From Oscillospiraceae bacterium (GTDB taxonomy: Bacteria; Bacillota; Clostridia; Oscillospirales; Oscillospiraceae): a stretch of 64,000 nucleotides of DNA. The notes under the pieces were generated by a model. The model was not told where the DNA came from. It saw only the letters and a list, made by a program, of their open reading frames with translations, and made no database searches. The position numbers were made by a program, and so were the translations under genes. The stretch spans positions 17,072 to 81,071 of the forward strand of contig JAGARK010000074.1 of NCBI GenBank assembly GCA_017622295.1, given 5' to 3'. Shown here in pieces: positions 46,184 through 55,228 of the stretch (position 1 is its first letter; each line of letters begins with the position of its first letter).

Positions 46184-47160
46184 GCGACAAGAAGACTCTG
46201 GTCGAAGTAAAGAACCTGAAGGAGTACTTCAACATCACCACCGGCGTGTTTTCTTCCAAGCCCCTGAAGGCTGTGGACGATGTTTCCTTCTCCATCCGCA
46301 AGGGTGAGACCCTGGGCCTGGTCGGCGAGTCCGGCTGCGGCAAGACCACCGTCGGCAGAACCCTGCTGCACCTGTACAAGCCCACTGCCGGCGAGATCTG
46401 GTTCGACGGCAAGAAGATCGAGACCAAGAAGGACATTCTGGATTACCGGAAGAAGTCTGCAATGGTCTTCCAGGATCCTTATTCCTCTCTGAACCCCCGT
46501 ATGACTGTCTCCGACATCATCGCCGAGCCTCTGGACGTCCACAAGATGTACCAGAACAAGAAGGAGCGTCAGGAGCGGGTGCTGGAGCTGATGGCCAAGG
46601 TCGGCCTGAACTCCGAGCATGCAAACCGTTACGCCCACGAGTTCTCCGGCGGTCAGCGTCAGAGAATCGGCATCGCAAGAGCCCTGTCCATGAGCCCCGA
46701 GTTCGTGGTCTGTGACGAGCCTGTTTCCGCACTGGACGTTTCCATCCAGGCACAGGTCATCAATATGTTTGATGAGCTGCAGGATGAGCTGGATCTGACC
46801 TATCTGTTCATTGCCCATGACCTGCTGGTCGTGCGCCACATTTCCGACAGAATCGCCGTCATGTACCTTGGCAAGATGGTGGAGCTGGCCGAGTCTGATG
46901 AGATCTATCATCACCCCCTGCACCCCTATACCAAGAGCCTGATGTCCGCCGTTCCTCTGCCCGATCCCCAGAAGGCAAGAGAGAACAAGCGCATCGTGCT
47001 GACCGGCGATATCCCCAGCCCTCTGAACGCGCCCTCCGGCTGTCCCTTCCGGACCCGCTGCCCCCATGCAACGGATGCCTGCGCCGAGTCCATGCCCGAA
47101 TTCAAGGAAGTCGCTTCCGGACATTTCGTGGCATGCCATCACGTGGATAAGATCAACTGA
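46180..47160 (+). CDS. oppF: Oligopeptide ABC ATPase
   Basis: [29 protein letters not shown]. Confidence 0.93.
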   Translation: MSDKKTLVEVKNLKEYFNITTGVFSSKPLKAVDDVSFSIRKGETLGLVGESGCGKTTVGRTLLHLYKPTAGEIWFDGKKIETKKDILDYRKKSAMVFQDPYSSLNPRMTVSDIIAEPLDVHKMYQNKKERQERVLELMAKVGLNSEHANRYAHEFSGGQRQRIGIARALSMSPEFVVCDEPVSALDVSIQAQVINMFDELQDELDLTYLFIAHDLLVVRHISDRIAVMYLGKMVELAESDEIYHHPLHPYTKSLMSAVPLPDPQKARENKRIVLTGDIPSPLNAPSGCPFRTRCPHATDACAESMPEFKEVASGHFVACHHVDKIN

Positions 47161-47258
47161 TCTTCCCAATAAAAATTCACATCCGCGCCTGACCGGTTTG
47201 CCGTATCGGAAGGGCATGGATATGAACCAAAATTTTCTATGAGAAAGGAAAATGAAAC

Positions 47259-49070
47259 ATGAAGAAACTGATTGCAATGCTGCTGGCTCTGGTTATGGTC
47301 ATGAGTCTGGCTGCCTGCGGCGGCGAAAAGGCACCTGCTGCCGACGCTCCCGCTGCTGATGCACCCGCTGCTGACGCTCCCGCCGCTGAGGTCGAAATGA
47401 CCGAGGCTGAGAAGGCTGCTGCTGAGGCTGAGATCCGTTACGCAATCGGCCTGCTGTTCGACCGCAACTACATCGTTGACGAGATCGCACAGGGCGGCCA
47501 GGTTCCCGCTTCCTCCTTCGTCGCCATGGGTATGACCGACGCCGATGGCTCTGAGTTCTACAAGAACGCAGGCTCCAGCGACGAGTACGACGGCTACTAC
47601 AATGTCGCTGCCGAGGCATACGAGGACAACTACGCTGAGGCCTATGAGATCCTGACCAAGTACTACGAGGTCGATGAGCAGGGCATGCTGGTTGGCTTCC
47701 CCACCCTGACCTACATCTACAACACTTCCGAGGCTCACAAGGCTATCGGTGAGTATCTGCAGAGCGCTCTGGCAGGTATCGGCATCACCATGAACCTGGA
47801 GAACCAGGAGTGGAACACCTTCCTGAACACCCGTAAGAACGGTGACTACTCCATCGCTCGTAACGGCTGGCTGGCTGACTACAACGATCCCATCTCCTTC
47901 CTGGATATGTGGACCTCCGTCTCCGGCAACAACGACGTTCAGTTCGGCAAGGGCGACCATGCTGATCTGGCTGTTTACAGCATGGATCTGACCGAGTATG
48001 GCTACGACGTTGCTGTTGAGAACGGCACCTGGGCTGAGACCTATGACGTTGTCATCTCCCTGATCAAGTCCTGCACCGACGTTGAGACCCGTTACGCACT
48101 GATGCACGAGGCAGAGGACCTGCTGATGAGCACCGGCGCTATCGTTCCCCTGTACTTCTACACCGACATGTTCATGCTGGACGACTCCGTTGAAGGCTTC
48201 TTCAGCAACCCCCTGGGCTACAAGTACCTGTGGAAGACCTCCGTTAACGGCGCTACCGACTCCCTGGCTGTTTCCGCCGGCTCCGAGCCCGACACCATGG
48301 ACCCCGCTCTGAACTCCGCCGCTGACGCTGCTACCATGCTGAACCACCTGTTCGCTGGCCTGGCTAAGTGGGATCTGGACGAGTCCGGCAAGCTGGTCAT
48401 CACTGCTGACTGCGCTGAAGAGCTGGTCGAAGGCGTTGAGAACGAGGACGGCACCATCACCTACACCTACACCCTGAAGGACGGCCTGAAGTGGTCCAAC
48501 GGCGAAGCTCTGACTGCTCAGGACTTCGAGGATTCCTGGAAGCGCGCTTCCTCCGCTGATCTGGCTGCTGACTACGGCTACATGTTCGAAGTCATCGCCG
48601 GTTACAACGAGGGCGAGATCCTGGTTGACGCTCTGGACGAGAAGACCCTGCAGGTCACCCTGTACAACTCCGTTGCTTACTGGAATGAGCTGCTGGCATT
48701 CCCCACCTACTTCCCCGTGTACAACGCTGCCAACGTTGACGAAGCTTGGGCAACCGACGCTTCCACCTACGTCTGCAACGGTGCTTACACCATGTCCGGT
48801 TGGGAGCATAGCTCTGTCATCACCATGACCAAGAACCCCAACTACCACAACGCTGACGTCGTCACCATGAACGAGCTGAAGTTCTACCTGTCTGACGATG
48901 CCAACAACATGCTGACCAACTTCAAGAACGGCACTTGGCTGTTGATCGACGAGGTTCCCACCAACGAAATTGCTACCCTGAAGACTGAGTATCCCGATGA
49001 GTTCATCGTGGCTGGCCAGATCGGTACCTACTACGTCTGCTGGAACATCAACGAGGTTCTGCTGCCCTGA
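47259..49070 (+). CDS. oppA: Oligopeptide-binding lipoprotein, circularly permuted
   Basis: Lipobox LAAC; family-5 motifs in swapped order (IRYAIGLLFDR...PLYFY precedes DP...KWSNG...GTYYVCWN). Confidence 0.88.
   Translation: MKKLIAMLLALVMVMSLAACGGEKAPAADAPAADAPAADAPAAEVEMTEAEKAAAEAEIRYAIGLLFDRNYIVDEIAQGGQVPASSFVAMGMTDADGSEFYKNAGSSDEYDGYYNVAAEAYEDNYAEAYEILTKYYEVDEQGMLVGFPTLTYIYNTSEAHKAIGEYLQSALAGIGITMNLENQEWNTFLNTRKNGDYSIARNGWLADYNDPISFLDMWTSVSGNNDVQFGKGDHADLAVYSMDLTEYGYDVAVENGTWAETYDVVISLIKSCTDVETRYALMHEAEDLLMSTGAIVPLYFYTDMFMLDDSVEGFFSNPLGYKYLWKTSVNGATDSLAVSAGSEPDTMDPALNSAADAATMLNHLFAGLAKWDLDESGKLVITADCAEELVEGVENEDGTITYTYTLKDGLKWSNGEALTAQDFEDSWKRASSADLAADYGYMFEVIAGYNEGEILVDALDEKTLQVTLYNSVAYWNELLAFPTYFPVYNAANVDEAWATDASTYVCNGAYTMSGWEHSSVITMTKNPNYHNADVVTMNELKFYLSDDANNMLTNFKNGTWLLIDEVPTNEIATLKTEYPDEFIVAGQIGTYYVCWNINEVLLP
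47331..47390 (+). repeat. 4 x 15-bp coding tandem repeat (APAAD linker)
   Basis: GCACCTGCTGCCGAC GCTCCCGCTGCTGAT GCACCCGCTGCTGAC GCTCCCGCCGCTGAG. Confidence 0.8.
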
Positions 49071-49101
49071 TTTTCGCGGCTGCATAACGTAGTTTCACAA
49101 G

Positions 49102-49133
49102 GCTCCCCACCCGCAAGGGTGGGGAGTTTTTTT
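49102..49133 (+). terminator. Terminator after oppA
   Basis: CTCCCCACCC-GCAA-GGGTGGGGAG followed by a T run. Confidence 0.88.
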
Positions 49134-49154
49134 GTGATTGGTGACGGAATCAAA

Positions 49155-49183
49155 TTGACATTGTCAGATTGTGCTGATATAAT
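49155..49183 (+). promoter_or_regulatory. Consensus sigma-A promoter
   Basis: TTGACA-17-TATAAT with TG extension; TGACA-T-TGTCA dyad overlaps the -35. Confidence 0.8.
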
Positions 49184-49238
49184 GAGATTCTATATATTGT
49201 GTCCATTTGCGGACAAGAATATGGAGAGGTACCATTAT

Positions 49239-49871
49239 ATGAAGAAAGTCATTTCTGTATTATTTGCACTGGTTGCCGTTGCAGCTGCTGCGGCAGCCAT
49301 TTATCTGTGCTTTACTTCTCTGGATGCCGAGCCTGTGCTGACCTCCAATCCTGTGGAGGCGGAGAACCGGATCCAGGACTTTATGGATGCTGTCTGCGAT
49401 GGTGATTACGACCAGGTCAGTGCCTATATTGCCGGCCACCCCAACCTGGGTCTGAGCCGCGAGGCCTCCGATGAGGTCGGCGTGCTTCTGTGGAATGCCC
49501 ACACGGACAGCCTTAGATACACGCTGGTAGGAGAGTGCCATGCCACCGATGACGGTCTGGCTCAGAAGATTTCCCTGACGGGTCTTGATATTTCCAGCGT
49601 AACTGCCGTCCTGAAGGACCGCTCCCAGGCGCTGCTGGAAAAGCGCGTCCAGGAGGCAGAGGATGCCACTGAGATCTATGATGAAAACAACGAGTATCGG
49701 GAGGATTTTGTCATGGAGGTCCTCTATGACGCCGCTTCCGAGGCTTTGGAGAATGACGCCCAGGAGATTACCACGGAGTTTACCGTGAATCTGGTCTATC
49801 AGGAGGATCAGTGGCTGATCGTTTCTGACAATGCGCTGCTTGATGCCATTTCCGGCGGAATTCTGTACTGA
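49239..49871 (+). CDS. Membrane-anchored acidic hypothetical protein (possibly NTF2-like/DUF5105-like)
   Basis: N-terminal hydrophobic anchor; C-terminal VNLVYQEDQWLI..LLDAISGG pattern; family call tentative. Confidence 0.6.
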   Translation: MKKVISVLFALVAVAAAAAAIYLCFTSLDAEPVLTSNPVEAENRIQDFMDAVCDGDYDQVSAYIAGHPNLGLSREASDEVGVLLWNAHTDSLRYTLVGECHATDDGLAQKISLTGLDISSVTAVLKDRSQALLEKRVQEAEDATEIYDENNEYREDFVMEVLYDAASEALENDAQEITTEFTVNLVYQEDQWLIVSDNALLDAISGGILY

Positions 49872-49874
49872 GAG

Positions 49875-51026
49875 GTGAGCGTTTTGCCTGAAGAAACGTC
49901 ACTTTCCAATTCCCGAACCGCGCTTGCTCCGGTGCTGGCGGTTCTCAGTGTGATCGCTACCGCGGCGCTGCTGGCCATGATGCTGTTTTGCGGCGGCTCC
50001 AACTCCGTATCCGCCTATACTCAGGTGGAAGATGCAGCAGTCATGGACAGATACGATATGTTTATGACCAATGCGATCAGCGATGCGCTGGATGGCATCT
50101 GGGCGGTGGAGAAGGTGTTCTGGCTGTCCGACCGTGATCTGGTGGCTCCGGAGCCCAACCCTGCCTGCTACGGCCAGGTCAGCAGCCCCGCTGAACTGAT
50201 GTGGCTGCTGGACGAGGCGGCGGATCTGATCGACGGTCAGCAGATGCTGTTCAATGAAAATACCGCTGTCTGGATCGGGGAACCCATTTATTATTACTAC
50301 GATGAGACGATCCTGGTCATCACCTGGAAGGAGGCCCGGGAGGGCTCCATGTTTACCATCTCCGAGGTGAAGATCGCTCATCCCAGCCAGTTCCGGCGCT
50401 TCCTTGCTGATGGCGAATACGGCTCCGACAAGCAGTATACCACCACCGAAATGGCCGCCAGCGTCAATGCTGTGGTGGCTTCCTCCGGTGACTTTTATAA
50501 ATTCCGTCAGTATGGCACCATTGTTTATAATGATACCCTCCAGCGTTTTGAGGGTGAGGCGGTGGATACCTGCTTCATTGACGACAAGGGTGACCTGCAC
50601 TTTGTACGGCGGAATGAGCTCAGGACCCAGGCGGAAGCCCAGCAGTATGTGGATGAAAACAATATCCGCTTCAGTCTGGCCTTTGGACCTGTACTGGTGG
50701 ATGACGGAGCGGTTTGCCAGATCTCCGGCTATATCATCGGTGAGGTGAAGGAGCAGTACTCCCGTGCGGCTCTTTGTCAGATGGACCAGCTGCACTATCT
50801 GCTGGTCAACAGTTGCGCCGAGGGAGGCTATGTGGATGGCCAGAACATCCAGAATTTTGCGAAGATCATCGGCGAGATGGGCGTTCAGAAAGCCTATGCC
50901 CTTGACGGCGGCCAGACCACGGTCATCGCCATGAATGATGAATTGATCAGCAATGTGGACTTCGGTACCCAGCGCCGGATCAGCGACATCATCTATTTTG
51001 CAACGGCGATGCCCGAAGGAGATTGA
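49875..51026 (+). CDS. Membrane-anchored phosphodiester glycosidase (NAGPA/DUF2233 family)
   Basis: VVASSGDFY, FGPVLV, SRAAL, AYALDGGQT, RRISDIIYF. Confidence 0.8.
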   Translation: MSVLPEETSLSNSRTALAPVLAVLSVIATAALLAMMLFCGGSNSVSAYTQVEDAAVMDRYDMFMTNAISDALDGIWAVEKVFWLSDRDLVAPEPNPACYGQVSSPAELMWLLDEAADLIDGQQMLFNENTAVWIGEPIYYYYDETILVITWKEAREGSMFTISEVKIAHPSQFRRFLADGEYGSDKQYTTTEMAASVNAVVASSGDFYKFRQYGTIVYNDTLQRFEGEAVDTCFIDDKGDLHFVRRNELRTQAEAQQYVDENNIRFSLAFGPVLVDDGAVCQISGYIIGEVKEQYSRAALCQMDQLHYLLVNSCAEGGYVDGQNIQNFAKIIGEMGVQKAYALDGGQTTVIAMNDELISNVDFGTQRRISDIIYFATAMPEGD

Positions 51027-51029
51027 TGT

Positions 51030-53255
51030 ATGGAAAAACTCGCGTTTATCAGTAATGGATCCTTCATCTACTGGAGCTCCATTATTCTGACTTTGGCTGC
51101 AGTCACAGCCATTGCGGCATTCGCGGCACTGTATTACGGTAAGAGCGGCAATATCCTTGCCATCGGCCTGATGGTGCCCATGTCTGTCGGCGGCTCGCTG
51201 GTGCTCAGCCGGTTGATCCACTGGCTTTGCTGCGGCGAAAGCTATACAAGCCTTTCCGCCGCTTTGACGGATCATTCCTCCGGAGGTTATGCTCTGGCGG
51301 GTATTTTTGCGGCCTGTCTTCTGTGCGCGCTGCTTCTGCGGCTGGTGGGGGTGGTAAAGAATCTTCCTCAGATGCTCGACTGCCTGGCCCTTGCCGGTGG
51401 CATCGGCATTGCATTGGGAAGACTCGCTTCCTTCTTCAACAGCTCTGACAGAGGCATGGTGCTGCCCCAGAATATGGGTCTGCCCTTTGCCTACCCTGTG
51501 ACCAATGCGGTTACCGGTGCGGTGGAGATCCGGCTGGCTACCTTTATGCTGCAGGCCATTGCTGCCGCTGCGATCGTAGCCGTGCTGCTGATCTGGTCCG
51601 CCTCTGCGAAGGCCAGAAAAAAGGACATCCGGGACGGCGATGTGTGCCTTTTGTTCCTGGCCTCCTACGGCGCCAGCCAGATCCTGCTGGATTCCACCCG
51701 TTATGATTCCCTGTATCTGGGCGGCAGCGGCTTTTTCAGTATGGTGCAGCTGCTTGGCCTGGTGCTGGTGCTGGCAGTTATTGCGGTGTTCTCCATCCGG
51801 CTGGTCCGCAGCCGGGGGATCACGACCTTCGTGATGGCGATTTGGATTGTTCTGCTGGCGATGACCGGCGTGGTGGTATATATGGAATACCATGTTCAGA
51901 ACCACGCAGACCAGGCGAATTTTGCCTATACGGTGATGACCATCGGCATCATGGTGATCGTGGCGCTGACGGTGATGCTTCGGTATATGGGCTGTCCCCG
52001 GGCGAAAAAAGTGCCGCGCAGACATGTGGAAGTTGTGAAACTTCCCAACGACGGGGATGAAGCTTCCGCGGATGCGGCTGCTGAAAAAGCTCCTGTTAAG
52101 AAATCCATCACCTGGAGACCCGCAGTTCCCGGAAGCTTCAAAGGCTCCGGTCTAATCTGGTTTGCGTGTATTGTGCTGCTGTGCGTATTCGGCGGCCAAT
52201 TTCTGAGCCAGGCCCTGCTGGGCGGCCTATGGACCAGAACCACGGCCCAGAGCACCGGCGATTCCGCGCTGATGGACAAATTCGATATGTACATGACCAA
52301 CGAGATCAGCAACGCGCTGGACGGTGTGTTGTCTGTTGAAAAGGTCTACTGGCTGTCTGACTCCGATCTGGTGGCTCCCGAGCCTAATCAGGAGTGCTAC
52401 GGCACCACCAGTGATCCGTCCACCCTCCAGTGGCTGCTGGATGATGCCCAGGAGATTCTGGACGGTCAGGATACGCTGTTTACCACCGAGACTCCAGTCT
52501 TCAGCGGCACGGATGTGATGTATTACCTTGATGAGACCATTTTTGCCGTGACCTGGAAGCAGCAGATGGGCGGCTGCATGTATACCATTTCTGAGGTCAA
52601 GATTGCCGACGCCTCCCAGTTCCGGCGGTTCCTGGCCGGTGGTGAATACGGCTCCGACAAGCAGTATACCACCACCGAGATGGCTGCCAGTGTCAACGCT
52701 GTGGTGGCTTCCTCCGGCGACTTCTACAAGTACCGCCGCCAGGGCGTCATCGTTTACGACGGCACCGTGCAGCGCGTGGACGGCGTCTATGTGGACACCT
52801 GCTTCATCGACGATAAGGGCGATATGCTCTTTGCTTATCGGGGCGACCTGACCACGATGGAACAGGCGCAGCAGTATGTGGATGAAAACAATATCCGCTT
52901 CAGCGTGGCCTTCGGTCCTGTCCTGATCGACGACTATGAGCGGGTGGTGCCCTGGGGCTATGCTCTGGGTGAGATCGATGACCACTTCCCCCGGGCCGCG
53001 CTGGGCCAGCGGGACGAGCTGCATTATGTGCTGGTGGTCTGCAATCTGGAATATGGCTATAATAACACGCCCCACATCTGGAATTTTACGGACCAGGTGG
53101 AAAAGCTGGGCTGCAAGGACGTCTATACCCTCGACGGCGGTCAGACCGGCGTCATTGTTATGAATGATCAGCTGATCAATGCGGTCCATTTCGGTGCTCA
53201 GCGTCAGATCAGCGACATCATCTATTTCGCCACTGCACTTCAGGACGGAGGTTAA
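51030..53255 (+). CDS. Fusion: Lgt-like membrane domain + phosphodiester glycosidase domain
   Basis: GRLASFFN..G and YGASQILLDSTR in a multi-TM N-half; second NAGPA-like domain (SSGDFY, PRAALG, LDGGQT). Confidence 0.78.
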   Translation: MEKLAFISNGSFIYWSSIILTLAAVTAIAAFAALYYGKSGNILAIGLMVPMSVGGSLVLSRLIHWLCCGESYTSLSAALTDHSSGGYALAGIFAACLLCALLLRLVGVVKNLPQMLDCLALAGGIGIALGRLASFFNSSDRGMVLPQNMGLPFAYPVTNAVTGAVEIRLATFMLQAIAAAAIVAVLLIWSASAKARKKDIRDGDVCLLFLASYGASQILLDSTRYDSLYLGGSGFFSMVQLLGLVLVLAVIAVFSIRLVRSRGITTFVMAIWIVLLAMTGVVVYMEYHVQNHADQANFAYTVMTIGIMVIVALTVMLRYMGCPRAKKVPRRHVEVVKLPNDGDEASADAAAEKAPVKKSITWRPAVPGSFKGSGLIWFACIVLLCVFGGQFLSQALLGGLWTRTTAQSTGDSALMDKFDMYMTNEISNALDGVLSVEKVYWLSDSDLVAPEPNQECYGTTSDPSTLQWLLDDAQEILDGQDTLFTTETPVFSGTDVMYYLDETIFAVTWKQQMGGCMYTISEVKIADASQFRRFLAGGEYGSDKQYTTTEMAASVNAVVASSGDFYKYRRQGVIVYDGTVQRVDGVYVDTCFIDDKGDMLFAYRGDLTTMEQAQQYVDENNIRFSVAFGPVLIDDYERVVPWGYALGEIDDHFPRAALGQRDELHYVLVVCNLEYGYNNTPHIWNFTDQVEKLGCKDVYTLDGGQTGVIVMNDQLINAVHFGAQRQISDIIYFATALQDGG

Positions 53256-53258
53256 GTT

Positions 53259-54245
53259 ATGGAAAAGATTGCTTTTATCAGCGGCGGTACATTCCTCTAC
53301 TGGAGTTCCATTATTATGGGCCTGGCAGTGATCACCGCAATTTGCGCCTTTGTGGCGCTGTACTACGGCAAGAGCGGCAACGCTGTTGCTACAGGACTGA
53401 TGATCCCCATCTGCATCATCAGCTCTCTGCTTCTGAGCCGGTTTATCCACTGGTATTGCCGGACGGACAGCTATGCCAGCCTGACGGCGGCGATGACTGA
53501 CTATTCCTGGGGTGGCTTTGCCCTGATGGGTGTGTTTGCGGCCTGCGTTCTCTGCGCCTGCGTGCTGCGGCTGGTGAAGGTTGTGAAGAATCTGCCCGAA
53601 CTGCTGGACAGCATGGCTCTGGCCGGCGGCGCCGGTGTTGCGGTGGGCAGGCTGGCTTCCTTCTTCAATACTTCCGACCGGGGCATCCTGGTAGACGAAT
53701 CCATTGGGCTGCCTTTGGCGTACCCCGTTACCAATGCAGTGTCCGGACTGGTGGAAAACCGTCTGGCTACCTTCTTCCTCCAGGCGATCATTACTGGTAT
53801 TGTGGTGCTGGTGCTGTTGTTCTGGTATCTGAAGGACCGCAACGGAGATCGCCGGATCAAGGATGGTGATGTGTGTCTGCTGTTTCTGGCCTGCTACGGC
53901 GGCGGTCAGATTCTGCTCGACAGCACCCGCTATGATTCCCTGTTCATGCGCAGCAACGGCTTTATCAGCATTGTCCAGATCCTGGGCCTGATCTGCCTGG
54001 TTTTGGCGCTGGTGCTGTTTTCTGTCCGAATGGTTCGCAGCTGTGGTTTCAGGTCCTGGTTCATCGCTCTTTGGGCAGTTGCTCTGGCTGCCATGGGCCT
54101 GGCGGGTTACATGGAATACCATGTCCAGCGGCATGGCGATCAGGCGCTGTTTGCCTACAGCTTCATGTCCCTTGGACTGATCATCATCCTTTGCGTGACA
54201 GTGGCGATTCGCTGCATCGCGGAAGGCGGCCGGAGATCCAAATAA
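53259..54245 (+). CDS. Divergent Lgt (prolipoprotein diacylglyceryl transferase)-like membrane protein
   Basis: Paralog of the 51030 N-half; GRLASFFNTSDRG, YGGGQILLDSTR. Confidence 0.75.
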   Translation: MEKIAFISGGTFLYWSSIIMGLAVITAICAFVALYYGKSGNAVATGLMIPICIISSLLLSRFIHWYCRTDSYASLTAAMTDYSWGGFALMGVFAACVLCACVLRLVKVVKNLPELLDSMALAGGAGVAVGRLASFFNTSDRGILVDESIGLPLAYPVTNAVSGLVENRLATFFLQAIITGIVVLVLLFWYLKDRNGDRRIKDGDVCLLFLACYGGGQILLDSTRYDSLFMRSNGFISIVQILGLICLVLALVLFSVRMVRSCGFRSWFIALWAVALAAMGLAGYMEYHVQRHGDQALFAYSFMSLGLIIILCVTVAIRCIAEGGRRSK

Positions 54246-54247
54246 AT

Positions 54248-54278
54248 CAAAGCGGCACAGGAAGCTGTGCCGCTTTTG
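54248..54278 (+). terminator. Terminator closing the four-gene operon
   Basis: AAAGCGGCACAG-GAAG-CTGTGCCGCTTTT. Confidence 0.85.
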
Positions 54279-54381
54279 ATATCTTGAATTGCGGTTGACA
54301 AAGCTTCGCCTTTCGATGTATACTAGACATAAGAATGCCAACAAGCTAAAACACCTGAGGGTATTTTCAAGGAGGACAACT

Positions 54382-55227
54382 ATGACACCGAGCGAGAAGA
54401 AGCAACTGCAAATCATGGCATGCAAAATCCGCATGGGCATCATTGATGCCACCCACGGCGCCAAGGCCGGCCATCCCGGCGGCAGCCTGTCTGCTGCGGA
54501 AATGTTCACCTATCTGTACTTCAAGGAAATGAACATCGACCCTGCAAATCCCAAGTGGGAAGATCGGGACCGTTTCGTGCTGAGTAAGGGTCACACCGCT
54601 CCCGGCCTGTATTCCGCACTGGCACATCGCGGCTTCTTCCCCGTGGAGGATCTGCCCACCCTGCGCCACATCGACTCCTATCTGCAGGGCCACCCCAATA
54701 TGAATTCCGTTCCCGGCGTTGACATGTCCACCGGCTCCCTGGGCCAGGGCATCTCCTGCGCAGCCGGCATGGCTCTGGGCCTGAAGCACCAGGGCAAGGA
54801 CGCAAGAGTCTACACCCTCCTGGGCGACGGCGAGATCCAGGAAGGCCAGGTTTGGGAAGCCATGATGCTGGCATCCCACTACAAGCTGGACAATTTCGTT
54901 GTCATTATCGACAACAACGGCCTGCAGATCGATGGCGCCATTGAGAAGGTCATGAGCCCCTATCCCATCGGCGACAAGCTGGCTGCCTTTGGCTTCTATG
55001 TGGAGCACATTGATGGCCACAGCTTCGATCAGATCGAGTCCGCGCTGAATAATGCCAAGGCGATGAAGGGCCAGCCCAGCGCCATTATCATGAAGACCAC
55101 CAAGGGCAAGAACGTTTCCTTTATGGAAAACAACGCCGGCTGGCATGGCAAGGCTCCCAACGATGCAGAGCACGAGCAGGCCATCGGTGAACTGAAGGCA
55201 ATCCTCAACGAACTGGAGGGCAAGTAA
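54382..55227 (+). CDS. Transketolase, N-terminal subunit
   Basis: GHPGGSLS, DRFVLSKGH, TGSLGQG, GDGEIQEG. Confidence 0.93.
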   Translation: MTPSEKKQLQIMACKIRMGIIDATHGAKAGHPGGSLSAAEMFTYLYFKEMNIDPANPKWEDRDRFVLSKGHTAPGLYSALAHRGFFPVEDLPTLRHIDSYLQGHPNMNSVPGVDMSTGSLGQGISCAAGMALGLKHQGKDARVYTLLGDGEIQEGQVWEAMMLASHYKLDNFVVIIDNNGLQIDGAIEKVMSPYPIGDKLAAFGFYVEHIDGHSFDQIESALNNAKAMKGQPSAIIMKTTKGKNVSFMENNAGWHGKAPNDAEHEQAIGELKAILNELEGK

Positions 55228-55228
55228 T

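Noticed and set aside
47331-47390. APAAD tandem repeats (also in the 33061-34359 SBP) as a contingency locus
   Set aside because: In-frame, synonymously diverged lipoprotein linker repeats
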